A stretch of DNA of 64,000 nt from Callorhinchus milii. Taxonomy: Eukaryota. A program made the position numbers and the translations under genes. The stretch is from contig NW_024704743.1 in NCBI RefSeq assembly GCF_018977255.1, positions 27,406,001-27,470,000 on the forward strand, written 5' to 3'. The first letter of the stretch is position 1, and the number at the start of each line of letters is the position of its first letter. Positions 51,237-63,790 of the stretch are shown here, piece by piece. The notes under the pieces were generated by a model. It had not been told where the DNA came from, did not search any database, and saw only the letters and a list, made by a program, of their open reading frames with translations.

Positions 51237-52345
51237 ACTATAGCATCTGAATCTACAGATTTAATGTTTTNAAAAATCCTCACCTTTCAGAAAAATCAAA
51301 AGGTGAGTTAAAGAGAAGTAAAACATTAAATTTCAGAAATCAAAGCCAGTTTAAAAACAACCAAGGCATAGATTAACATTGCAAAAAATAAACTAGATTG
51401 GAGATAGATAGATTTGAGTCTAGAATGGCACGTAGTGCACCCAGACAGAAAGCTGCGGAACTGGAGCAGACACAGGTGCTTTTTTTTTGCTCTTTCTGAT
51501 TGCACGGCTGGAGCTTGATGTGAAGGATTGGGTCAGACAGAGCAGCACTGCTCACTCTGTGACCTTCAGGGTCTCAGGCTGAATAAAGCTCTGTTTTCTC
51601 ACTCTCTCTATCTCTTGCTCACCCTCCCATCCCTCAGTTGGATATTGCAATGTGACTTGTATCTTAGCTGATACCTGTGATGGGGCTCACGCAAATACCC
51701 TGGGCCAAAGAGACCAAAATGTATTTTCCCCTCTTTGAGAGGATTTGTGTTCCTGATTTATATGCACTTACGCCCTCGAGTCACCTGTGAAGAATGACCA
51801 CTTTGGGCATTTTTGATCTTTTAGTTTTTCCGAGGCTGTGTCAGCTTTTATTTATGTTGCTAGTCTGTGGTTTGATAGTTTTCCAGGCAGGCATTCATGA
51901 ATTCAGATCTCGAGCTCAATCCATGCATTCCATTCATATTCCCTTATCCCCAGGCCTCAGTGCACTTGGATGCTGACCTGTTCTAGCCTATACAAGAACA
52001 ATCAATAGCACAAATCTCCAAGATCATCAGCAGCTCAGTGGGAGTTCAAACACATTGAGCTGTAATAATTTGATTTCATTCTCTGTGGTTTTTGAAAAAT
52101 GTTCCCCGATCATTTTCCATTCTCTTTAAATTGATGGAAGCTTGTCTTCCACACTGAAGGAAAAAGAATGCATGACTGCCAACGTACAGTAACCCATGAG
52201 CACAATTGCACTTACAAAAGTTCTAGATTTACCTTTATCTGTTTGAAAGGATTAAAGTTGTGGTTAAAAATGATCGTTAGGTAGATAGCATTTGTTTGTG
52301 CCTTTTATGTTACGTTGACACTATAATAACCATCACGACAACTTT

Positions 52346-52718
52346 AATAATAATAATAATAATCTTTGCGTTTGATATAGCACCTTATCAGGTTGTTGTG
52401 ACGTCTCAAAGCTCTTCACAGAAAATATTGTAAAGTAATTTAACTGCATATTTTGTGGACGAAACGCAGCAGTCAATTGCACACAGCAGTGTTTCACAAA
52501 CGGTCATGGATTGAGTGACCCAATTATTAATTTTGGGAGGAAATATTACCCCCAGAATTCGATCCACCAATGGACTAACAACTGGGTCCCCATTTACTGC
52601 TAGGGAAACAGGTGTGTGGAGTAGGGAATCTTCCTAAACATTTTGCCCGGCCCGGGAATCGAACCCTGGTCCTCTCAGTTGTAAGGTGAACATGCCGATC
52701 ACCGCACTACGGGATTCC
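52346..52718 (-). mobile_element. SINE family A, long subfamily
   Basis: GGGAATCGAACC is the B-box antisense; (TAA)n tail. Confidence 0.85.
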
Positions 52719-54139
52719 ATTATAGGACCTTCACACAGGGTGATGTCTTGGAATGTCTAACAATGGCTGACCTAGATGCCAAGCTGTAGAGAAGGGGGAG
52801 ATGAATGTAGGCATGGTCAAATGATCTTCAGGTGTGATCTGTAGATGGGCAAAGAGGGGACAAGGTGGAGGGGATTGAGGCAAGGGGATCCAGACTTTCG
52901 GGGCATGGTTGTTGAAAACAGACGGGACAAGGGAATTTTAGAAGGCCGGAAACGGCTGAGCAAAGCTGAAAGGAAAAAATATAACAATCTGAGCGTTTGA
53001 TATTGTGCCTATAATGTAGAGCCTTTCTCAAAGAGCTTCAGAGTGTTTCTGTAAAATGTAATGAATAGTGAAAGCTAGGTAAACAGAGTTGTACAATGGC
53101 ATGACAACAACAACAACAACTTGAATTTATAAAGAGCCCTTCATGCGAATAACATCTCGTTGTGCTTAACAGCGGTGTGGTTTGATGGTGAGCTGGAAAG
53201 AGAGAGGGGGTGACCAAAGGCGTGGTTGAAGAGGAAAGTCTTCGGCTGTGATATGAAGATGGCGAAGAGGGGGCAAGACAGATGGATTGAAGCAGGCTGG
53301 TCCAGAGATTCAGGGCATAGTGTGTGAAAGCACGGTAGAGTGAAGAGGATGAGGGACACCCAGAAGACCCGGGCCAGCTGAGTGAAGGCAATGGTTAGAA
53401 GAGTAGGCTGTGAGCAGATTTGAGAGGCAGATCCCTTGCTGAAGAAAAATCTGCAGTATTGCCAGTTTCAACGTTGTCTGCTGTAATGAGATTTTCTGCC
53501 AAAAATGACAAATTAATTTAATTGTCGCATGGGATTGTTTGCATTTTTTTTGCTGATTCTATTGAAGAAATGTGTGTATTGTGTTTTTTTCCGGGGCAGA
53601 GGGTTAAGGCGGTAAACCATTGCTTTCATTGCATAGAATTACATAAAAGTTACAGTCTGGAAACAGGCCATTTGGCCCAACTTATTCTTTTGTACTGATA
53701 CTTTATGCTTCAACCAGAGCATCTGTGTTCCGCACTCCCAGCACTCTTTGCATGAAGAAGTTTCTCCAAACCTCTCTTCCTCTTCAACCATACCTACAGT
53801 TAACTCCTTGGCTTGGCAATAAACCCCATCATTGTTCAGATCTCCAAGATGCTATCCCGCATGAAAGGCACTACATAAACATAAATTGTTGTTGTTTTGG
53901 AACAACTTGTAGCCATTTTTTTTTAACTTATTGTTTTGGACTCACCAATAAATAAAGACAATTAGAGACAGTCTATAATCATTAAGCTTATGAAATCCTT
54001 TCATATTTTTAAAGTCCTCAATTAGATCCCCTCCCAATCATACCATCTTTAGAGGGAAAGGTTTTAACCTGTTGAAACTTAGCCATATCTGGAACACTAC
54101 TGTGCACAATTGGCTGCCATGTTTCACCCACAAAATATT

Positions 54140-54858
54140 CATATTTATATAGTGCCTTATCACATCTGCAAGACATCTCAACACGCTTCTCAGAATATAC
54201 TGTAAACTGAAATGACTGTATATTTTTATGCGAAATGCGGCAGCCAATTGCGCACAGCAGTTTCCCACAAACAGTTGTGGATTGAGTGACCAAATATATT
54301 TTATTACCCCTGGAAAAGCGATCCGCCAATCAATGAGCAACAGGTAAACAGAGGTGTGTGGGGTAAGGAAATTTGCCCAACATTTTGTCCTGCCCTCCCT
54401 CTTCACCAGTTCTGGCCAGACTCCACTGGCTCCCATCACCGAACAGATCGACTTCAAAATCCTCACACTTGTGTTCAAATCCCTACACTCCAGGGCACCT
54501 CCCTACCTCTCCGACCTCCTCACTCCCCAATCAACCACCCGACACCTCCGTACGACTGGCACTGGCCTCCTGCTTGTCACTCGAGCCCTCCACTCCACTA
54601 TTGGAGGTCGCACATGCAGCCACTATGCCTCAAACCTCTGGAACACTCTTCCTCAATCCCTCCACCTTGCACCCCCTCTCCCCCTTTTCAAGTCCTGCCT
54701 TAAAACCTTTTTGACTTTACTTACGGCCAACTCCCCACACCTCTCGGGGTTGTGCTCTGCCACTGTTAAGCACACTGAGCCGCTACACTGCGCAGAAGGT
54801 GCTATATAGGTGCATATTGTTGTTGTTGAATGCTTCAACTGCTAAGCTACAGGATTCC
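54140..54858 (-). mobile_element. SINE family A split by an L2 insertion
   Basis: Body 54140-54392, head remnant CTAAGCTACAGGATTCC at about 54842-54858. Confidence 0.75.
54393..54828 (+). mobile_element. L2 LINE 3' end
   Basis: ITEQIDFKILTLVFKSLHSRAPPYLSDLL..STIGGR..NLWNTLPQSL..FKSCLKTFL; (GTT)n tail. Confidence 0.9.
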
Positions 54859-56164
54859 AGAACATATAAAATTGACATTTTTTTCAGAATTCTGCAAGAA
54901 AATGTAGTCTGATTACATTAGCCATTGAAGAAATTCACATTTTTCAGTTCCTATGAAGTTTGTCCTGTATTTTTTGTTATTTGCCCATGGAAAGAGGCCT
55001 CAGATTAATCAGAGTTAAATGAGGATAAAGAACTACATTCAACTTCCCTTATGACAAATCTCAACTGAGAACAAATATTTTCCAGCAGCCGTGGGTGGCA
55101 TTGATGAAGTAGAAGTCGACAAATCGTGAATAATTCAGGATCCTCATTGATGTTTCTGCTTCTAAAAAAAGCTTGAAAAGTTATGCTGACCATCAGACAA
55201 AAGACTAATTGGTTTGGGCTACGTTGCTGTCAAATTGATTCTGGTCAAGCAATGATTGCAGATCCACATGGAAAACAACACACCAATGCAGCAGAATGTC
55301 CTTTAGCTCGATGTTGATGTTTGTAAGGTGACAGTGGTTGTAGATAAAATCAAATGGGTTTACTCTGCGATGACTGTTTAAGGCCATAATAGGCAGAGAA
55401 AAAAAGATGCTCTATCTTCGTCTTGCCTCTTCCAGGATAGCCTAATACAGCATAAAACAGTCGGTGTGGGAGTTTTGCCTGCCAATTTGACTTCTAGCTG
55501 GCTTCACGTCTGTCTGTGATTTCTGTCTAGCTACAAGTCTGTCTGTGATTTCTTGAAAGCAAAGAAAAGTAAATATCAATGGTATTATAGTGGCATCCCA
55601 TCGATTTTCTATGTCCTTGATCCTCTTGTAATGCAAATACATGTAGCTAAGTTGACAGGTGCAATGATGTATACAGTGAAGAAAAGTCTTCCAAACCTGA
55701 ACTTTCTCATTAAGCAAATCCTGCATCAACAAATTTGAGGATAGTCTGTAACTAATAGCACAAAAGCCTTAGTTAGGTCACTTTGTTTTAATTAAAGATT
55801 CAAATTCTCTTCTACAATAAATCAAAACTCCTCCGGGCTGGTGTTTTTCCTTTGTGACAGTTCAATGTTATTCAGTTTGACAGGAAGAAAGAATTGTCTT
55901 GAGAGAAGACGTTCAATTGCGTTAGTGTTTTCATAGTGGTGAACATTAAGGATCTTTCCCGTGCTACATCGGCTTTAATATTTGGTTATCGACAAAACTG
56001 AATATGATTTTGACACATTGAGGGAGTCTTGTTGGAAAACCTGAAGGTTGGCCTGAAGAGCATCTCCAACCTGAAATTGTCACTGTGCTGCTGTGTAACT
56101 ACAAGTACCACATGAAACCCACTGGACCATAAAAAGAAGTAAATATGCTATAAATATGCCATAA

Positions 56165-56622
56165 ATACCCCATTACACCCGTCGTTGCCAACCTCCACTG
56201 GCTCCCAATCACCGAACGGATCAACATCAAAATACTCTCACTCGCTTTCAAATCACTCAATTCCCTTGCAACTCCTTACCTATCTGACCTGCTTACTCCC
56301 ACTCCCCCACCCACTGCCTCCGCTCGGCTAGCTCTGGCCTCCTATTTGTCCCAATGCCCTCTGCTCCACCATCGGAACACTGGAAATCTACCCCTCAATC
56401 CCTCCACCTTGCCCCCTCCCCACCTTCAAATCCCACCTAAAGACAACAGCAACAACAAAATTACATTTGTACAGTGCCTTTCACATCCTTCCTTTTTGAT
56501 GGTGCTTATGGTCACCTCTTCCCTCCCTCTCCCCTTGGCTCGTTGACAGACTCCATCACTGTGAAGCACTCCGGGTTGCTAGCCTGCATAAAGGACAGTA
56601 TAAAAATGCAAGTTGTTGTTGT
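56165..56622 (+). mobile_element. L2 LINE 3' end
   Basis: CTCCACTGGCTCCCAATCACCGAACGGATCAACATCAAAATA (LHWLPITERINIKI); tail AAAATGCAAGTTGTTGTTG. Confidence 0.85.
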
Positions 56623-58279
56623 ATAAATCCAAATAATTTGGATACATTCTTCACACCACCTTGTCCAGTAGATCTGAATGCAGTGCTGGCCTGTGGAATG
56701 TATACAGTATGTTGTTAAAATGATCAGGCAGAACAAGCACCAGATAAACTGAATGCCAAACACCCCACACTGTCATGGATTGTCTCCGCTCTTGTCTACC
56801 TGATTTTAATAACAAAATTCATTGTTACTTAAACTATTTACCTTGGCTGTCTGGGTTCCAGTCAGTCCTGACACCAGCCTATATGCCAACTGTTATGATA
56901 GAAAGATGTTTAGAGTACATACAGAAAAGGCAGTGAATGTATGCAAAATGGTTTGATTTTAACAAGAAAAAATTGTTACTGAACCCAATTGCATTAATTG
57001 TTACTGATCACAACAAACATCATCCTGAGGTTGCGATAAGTAGATATCAATAGTAGATACATAGAATGCATGTGTACAGAAAAATACTGCTTATTTACAT
57101 ATAGATGAATGAAGGTCCTTTCAATTAATTTGAATTTTCCTCATCATGTTAATACACAAGCTACCTTCTATGTCTACAGAGGGCACATCATCAACAACAA
57201 CAATTTGCATTTGTATAGCGCCTTTCACGCTTAGCCCTTGACGGAGGAGGAGCTTAACACTAAGCTGCGAGAGAGGGGAGATGACCATAGGCATGGTCAA
57301 AGAGGAAGGTCTTCAGATGCGATCTGAAGACAGGCAAAACATTTTGTGTAAATGAGCACAGGAAATGGTTTGCGAAACACAAAACATATCTTCCTAGAAC
57401 TTATTTAGCCCCAGGATTCCTTAATAAAGACTTACCTCTACTCAGCCCGCTGCTCTCGGGCTCCATTCCCTCACAGTTACTCATCCTGATCAGCTGCTTG
57501 CTGGTGAGAGAAAGCACAAGACAACCACTTCAATATAGTTGGGTTTGCTAAAGTTGGCCGTTAGGACATCGCTGGAACTCTATGTAAGGAGTTTTAACTA
57601 AAAATAAAGAATCCCCTTTAAATAATATAAAGTATAGGTTCTGAAGATACTGCAAATGTCATCCCAACATTACTAATGATTCCTTAACAGTAGGCCCTCA
57701 GTTGAGTAGACATTTTTTTAAATAAGAAAAATGGTATCTTGTGCCAAGCCTATAATATGTGATGAGATGCATCAGTGATTGATTGTAATAAATGTGCAAT
57801 TATATTACTTGAAGCTTTAATGTGAAAGCAGCAGTCATTCAGGAAGACGGATGTGTATGTGTGAGTGTTTGGAAGGGGGGTGGGGGGGAGATATTTTCTG
57901 ATTGCCAAGAAAGCTATACATACTTCTTTTACGAGTACAGTACAGTACCCTGCAGGGAAGTAAAGAAAGATTGCATTGTTTAAAGTTCAGTCAACTTAAG
58001 TCTGGAAATAAGACTAGCAACATTATTTTTAATCAAACAATCATGATATTTTCACCTTTCAAATAAACCACATGTTACTCAACATACAATTTGCTCTCTA
58101 CCCAATGGCCCACAGACACACTTTGTTATGTATAGCATGTACATGTATACACTTTATCCTCAGACTATAATTCAGTGTTAGCTTGTCTCGGTCGGTAACA
58201 ATGTTAGAGACCCAGATACAAGACTCATTTAAAAACATGATGCTGCCATGGGAGAATGATTGGTGTGTATTCTGGGTGA

Positions 58280-58910
58280 GATAGAAACATAGGAACAGGA
58301 GGAGGCCATTCAACCCTTCGAGCCTGTTCTGCCACTTAATTAGATCCTGGCTGACCTGTACCTCAACTAATCCTTTCAATTCCAATTTCCAGCTTTCTCC
58401 CCATATCCCTTAATACCAAAAATCTAACAACCTCACTCTTGAAGGTGTGGATGGATCCAGCACTATCCATGGCCTTTTGGGGAAGAGAATTCCAGATTTC
58501 TATCACCCTCTGAGTGAAAACATGCTTCTTGATTTCACTCTTAAGTGGCCTGGTTCTAGTTTTAAGACTCTGCCCCATTGTTTTGTATTCCCCCACCAGA
58601 GGAAATAGCTTCTCTGTATCTACCACATCAAATCACTTTATCATCTTAAAAACCTCGATCAAGCCACTCCTGAACCTTCTAAACTCAAGGGAATACAGCC
58701 TTTCCTCGTAACTTAACCCTTTTAGGCCTGGTAACATTCTGATGAATCTGCGTTGCACCCCCTCCAGGGCCATTATATCTTTCCTGAGGTGTGGTGCCCA
58801 AAACTGAATGCAGTACTCCAGATGGGGTTTGACTAATGCTCTATGCAGCTGAAGCATAATCTATTCCCCTTTGTATTCCAGGCCCCTTGAGATAAAAGCC
58901 AACATCCCAT
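58280..58910 (-). mobile_element. CR1-clade LINE ORF2 C-terminus and 3' UTR
   Basis: LQLHRALVKPHLEYCIQFWAPHLRKDIMALEGVQRRFIRMLPGLKGLSYEERL..LIEVFKMIK..FTQRVIEIWNSLP, the classic CR1 signature. Confidence 0.93.
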
Positions 58911-59904
58911 TCATCTTGATCCATTCCATTTGATCAAATGGGCAGAAAGACTTTCTTCAGTTGACCGTCTCTTGTATTCTTCTGGGCATATGAAGCCCAC
59001 ATCCACACACATGTACTTTCCAGCAGTGATCACAAGATAATGATCAGGAGTGGGAAGTCCAGATAATTGTTTTCCCTCTCTAATTGTCACATTTCCAAGC
59101 ACCGCAGTGCTCCCTGCTACATTATTCTGAACTAACAATCCAATTGGCTGGACTGGGAATGGTAATTTTCTCTTTTTCTGGGAATCGTGGAGAGTTATGT
59201 TCATTTTGACTATTATATTGATGTAAAAAAGATTGAAATGTTGACAGAATCATATGGCAGATACTGAACTTGTAACAAACAGCAATAAAGATACAGACTG
59301 CATTAAGACATGAATATATTGGGTTGCTACATTCTGTAACAAAAAAACATTCTTAGAGGTATTCAAATCAATGAAACTGGAGTAATATTGCAGTTACATA
59401 ATGGCTTTTACATAGGGTGAAAACTTTAAAATGGTCCAGTCACACTTGCTGAGCCCCTCTTCCTTTACCACTTTAGCTGTTCGCTCCTTACATGTACACA
59501 GTTTGGGAGTTGTCACTTTTCAGCCTTGTTTCTCCCATGTCCTGGCCAATAAATCTCCTAAATAAAATTGATCACTCACTTCATGTTTTTTTGTGGTACA
59601 CTGCTGCCACGTTCGACAACGAAATACAGTCAATCTACTTTACAGTATATCCTGTGAAGCCTTTTGAAGCATATCAACCATATGATAAGGCACTGTATCA
59701 AATGCGAGGATTGTTATTAATTTAATCCGAGAAACGTCACTAAGATAGCTCACAAAACCTGACATTTCACAAAAGACAAACTGAACTACTGAGAAGTTTA
59801 ATTCAAATCGGCTCAATCTCAGAAATGTTAATACTGAAGGCAGCTGCCAGCACACAGCAGCCCAATCTGTTTCTCAGTCAAGCATCTTAACATGTGTCAA
59901 TGTC

Positions 59905-60250
59905 AGTTTGACTCAGTTGGCCCCACTCTTGCCTCTGGGTCAGAAGATTGTAGGTTTGAGCCTCTTCCCAGAATCTATTAGCTCATAATGTAGGCTGATA
60001 ATGTGGTACAGTTATGAATGAATGCTGCATTGTTGGAAGTGTCATCCTTCAGATGAGGTGATAAACTGAGATCCCATCTGCCAGTTCAGATGGACAGTGG
60101 AGTTCATATGGTACCATTTGGAGGATAGAGTAAGACATTTTCCAGATATCCTAGAAAATATTGCATCCAAATGCACAAAAAGATGAATTGGGAATTTATT
60201 GTTCATTGTGAATTTATTGTTGATGGTCCAATTTGGTTGTGTTCGCTACA
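59905..60250 (+). mobile_element. SINE family B
   Basis: GACTCAGTTGG..CTCTTGCCTCTGGGTCAGAAGATTGTAGGTTTGAG head; TAGGCTGA..TTCAGATGAG body. Confidence 0.75.
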
Positions 60251-61524
60251 TTGAAAGTGATGTAGAGTTTAGGGATCTTAAAGAGAGGAAGTCATTTAAA
60301 AATTTCTAAAAAAAAACAGAAACAAGTTTGCACTTAAGAAGGAACATGCACATGGATACAGACACAAAAAACACAGGCACACCACTTTACAGTATATCCT
60401 GTGAAGTGCTTGGAGATTTCTCGATGATGTGATAATATGCTATAGTAAATGCAAGGATTATTATTATTATATACAGTAGCGATAATCCTTGCATTTAGTA
60501 TAGCACCTTGACATATTGACAAGGCAACAACTACAACTTGCATCAGCGAAGCACCCTCACTCGGGCAGTGTCTCAGAGTGCTTAACAGTGGCAAAGCTTA
60601 ATGCTGAACTGGTGGAAAAAGCGGGGTAACTATATGCATGATCAAAGAGAAAGGTCTTCAGGGACATTCTGAAGATGGGCAAGAGGGGTCAACTGATTGA
60701 GTCCAACAGTTCTGGAGTTTCAGGCACAGTAGTTGAAAGAACGGCCTTTGATGGTGGAGTGGAGGAGACAAGGGATGTCAAGAAGTTGTTGACAATTTGG
60801 TGCAGCAAAGTCCCACAAACGACCATGAAATGAGTGACCGATTACCCCAGTCCTTGCCAGACTGCACTGGCTGCCTGTCCCAGAGAGGATTGACTTCAAG
60901 ATCCTCACCCTTGTCTTCAAATCCCTCTACTCCTCTGTTTAATGTCTCAACCAAAGGACAGCAATTCCAACAAGGGAGCACGCCTCCAGCACAACACTGG
61001 AGTATGATCTTAGATTATATGATTTCCAAATCCCCATGTGGATTCATCGCAGTATTCCAACTCAGAAGTAAGAGGACTACCACCTGAACCAGGCTGACAG
61101 TATTATAATCTAGACTTGGATGCACATAAATACAGACAAAACATAGACAGGAAAGAAGATAAATGTACAGACCATAATTTGGTCACGCAACATGCAGAGG
61201 TGCACAGGGAGAGACATAATGAGTTATATGCTTGTTTAAAAGTAATCTTTACATTTGGTATAGGATCTTTAACATCAGGAGCAAGTCCCAAGGAACCAAA
61301 CAGGTTATTCTGTAAAATGTAGTTACTTTGCATTTCGTGACTGTAACTACACAGAACATGAAGCCAGCAGATGCAGTTTTAACTGCTCAGTTTCTCCGTC
61401 ATTCCATGTTCTCAGATGGTTGAATCTTGATTTCCAAAAGCATGCTTGATGGTTAAACCATTCAGCTGGTTTCATGTGCTCAGTTCTAAAGTCAATTTTC
61501 TGATCTAACCCCATTCCCATTTAT

Positions 61525-62678
61525 ATTTCCAACCTACACTTCCTTGCCAAAGTCCTGGAACGCATTGTTGCATGTCAACTTCAGTCACATCTCTCCCTCC
61601 ACTCCCTCCTCGAGCCCCTGTAATCTGGTTTTCGCCCTGCCCACGGAACAGAGACAGTGCTTGTCAAAGTCACAAACAACATCCTCTCTATCTGTGACCA
61701 GGGCTCCCTCTGCCTCCTCATCCTCCTGGATCTCTCTGCTGCATTCGACACAGTGGACAACGCCATCCTCCTCCACTGCCTTTCCTCCTTCATCCAATTT
61801 AGTGGGACAGCACTCATATGGTTTGAGTCCTACTTAACCAACCACCTCCATTTCATCTCGGCAAATGGTGTCTCCTCCCGCCCTTGCCGGTCATCTGCAG
61901 GGTAACCCAAGGCTCCATCCTTGGCCCTCTTCTTTTCCATATCTATATGCTCCCTCTGGCAATGTCATCCTCAGACACCGGGTAAACTTCCACATGTCTG
62001 CGGTTGAATGCAAATCTACTTTGCCTCCTTCAGTACCAACTCCAGGTACACCGATCTTCTACCAGCTTGTCTGGCAGGCATCAGGTCCTGAATGAGTGCA
62101 AACTTCATGCAGCTGAATGGGCACAAGATGGAAGTCATACTCCTTGCCTCCTGTCAATGTCTTCACTGCTGCGGATCCCACCTCCTCAAACTCCCTGGGC
62201 TCTCCCTCACACTTACTGAAACAATGCACAATCTAGGTGTCTGGTTCATTACCCAGCTCTCCTTCCTCCCCCATATCCGGTACCTGACCAAGATAGCTTT
62301 CTTTCACCTCCACCACATTAGCCACTTCTGACTGTACCTTACCCCAAATGCAGTCGAAACCCTTGTGCATGCATTTGTTAACCTCCCGCCTGGATTATTC
62401 AAATGCACTCCTTTACGGTCTCCCCAGCTTCACTATTCAAAAGATCTAGCTCATTAAGAACGCTGCCACCTGCATACTTACCCGGAACAAACTCCGTACC
62501 CACATCTCAACAGTTCTGGCCAGATCAGTTGAGTTAGTAATTTCATCTGAATGAGCAGTTTGGCCACCTCACCCACCCCCACCATCCCACCCCCAGCTCA
62601 GCGTCAGACTCTGCCACCTTTAAGCGCTCTGAGACGTTACCCTGCGGTGAGAGGGCTATATAAGTGCAAGTTGTTGTT
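61525..62678 (+). mobile_element. L2 LINE RT fragment and 3' end
   Basis: LVKVTNNILSICDQGSLCLLILLDLSAAFDTVD..WFESYLTN; MSANFMQLNGHKMEV..NLGVWF..IAFFHL; tail TATATAAGTGCAAGTTGTTGTT. Confidence 0.92.
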
Positions 62679-62950
62679 ATATATTGTTTCTTTTCAAATA
62701 TTTATCCAATTCCATTTTTAAATGTTGTTGTGATCTTAGCTTCAATAGCCAGACATGGCAAATCATTCCATAATCTGGTTGTAAGTGTGAATATGGAAAG
62801 CAGATAGGTAGTGAGCAGGGTCAGAGAAGAGCACAGGAGAAAGATCATCTATCCACTTTCAAGAGGTAAAGAAGACTGACTTAGAAGATGCTGTACTACA
62901 TGTGTAGAATTGGACAATATAATGATCAATGTGAATGCTATAAATAGCAA

Positions 62951-63073
62951 CAAAATGCAAAATACTGCAGACACTGGAAATCTGAAACAAAAACAGAAGT
63001 CGCTGGGAGCATTCAGCAGGTCAGGCAGCATCTATGAATGCTGCCTGACCTGCTGAGTATTCCCAGCGACTTC
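62951..63073. mobile_element. Penelope-like terminal fragment, self-inverted, with 15-bp TSD
   Basis: AAAATACTGCAGACACTGGAAATCTGAAACAAAAACAGAAG..CAGCAGGTCAGGCAGCAT followed by its inverted copy; TGCTATAAATAGCAA at 62936-62950 and 63074-63088. Confidence 0.8.
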
Positions 63074-63106
63074 TGCTATAAATAGCAATGCCTGTTATTC
63101 ATTAGT

Positions 63107-63413
63107 GGAGTCCTGTAGCTCAGTGGCTAGAGCACTCACTTTGCAAGTGAGAGACCTGGGTTCGATTCCCGGCAGGGTGAAACCTTGGGCAAGTTTGCTT
63201 ACTCCACAAGCCTGATAATAATCCCTCAAAAAAAGCAACCACAAATTGGTCTTTTCAATCCACGACTGTTTGTGGGACACTGCTGGGTGCAATTGGCTGC
63301 AGCATTTTGCCCACAAATATACAGTCAATTCACTTTACAGTCTATTCTGTAAAGCGCTTTGAGACATCTAGAAGTCGTGAAGAGAGCTATATCAAATGCA
63401 AGGATTATTATTA
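63107..63413 (+). mobile_element. SINE family A, short form with older-type tail
   Basis: GGAGTCCTGTAGCTCAGTGG..GGTTCGATTCCC; lacks the GCAGTAAGTAGG middle; tail TGAGACATCTAGAAGTCGTG..AAATGCAAGG(ATT)n. Confidence 0.9.
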
Positions 63414-63429
63414 CGTACCTCATTACCTC

Positions 63430-63790
63430 AATTTAAAGAGTGGATTGGTTGGGTCTAGTTTCTCTGGAGAATAGAAGTGTTTAAAATTATAAAAGTGTTT
63501 GCTGCTTCTACTGATTGGGGTGTCTGTACCAAGAGAACTCAATAAAAATTAGAGATTAGGAGAATAAAAAGAGTATTTAGGAGGAACTACTTCACACAGA
63601 GGGCTGTGAGATTGTAGAATTCACTGACTGAAGCAGTGGTTGAATCAAATGGTATAGAAGGGAAGTGAAGGGTATGGGAAAGAGTAAAAGAATGGGAAAC
63701 ATGTGAGGCAGTGTCTCGTTGAGTATAAATACTAGCATGGACTGACTGGGCTGAGTGCTGCTTCCGTTTTGTACATTATTTTTAATTCCT
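63430..63790 (+). mobile_element. CR1 LINE 3' fragment
   Basis: AGGAGGAACTACTTCACACAGAGGGCTGTGAGATTGTAGAATTCACTG matches 'RRNYFTQR.V..WNSL'. Confidence 0.7.

Noticed and set aside
51271..51271. Single N base
   Set aside because: Assembly ambiguity, not biology; adjacency across it should be treated with caution.
55508..55552. 17-bp direct duplication GTCTGTCTGTGATTTCT (similar small duplications at 404-439 and 524-579)
   Set aside because: Ordinary local slippage-type duplication; only two units, not an array.
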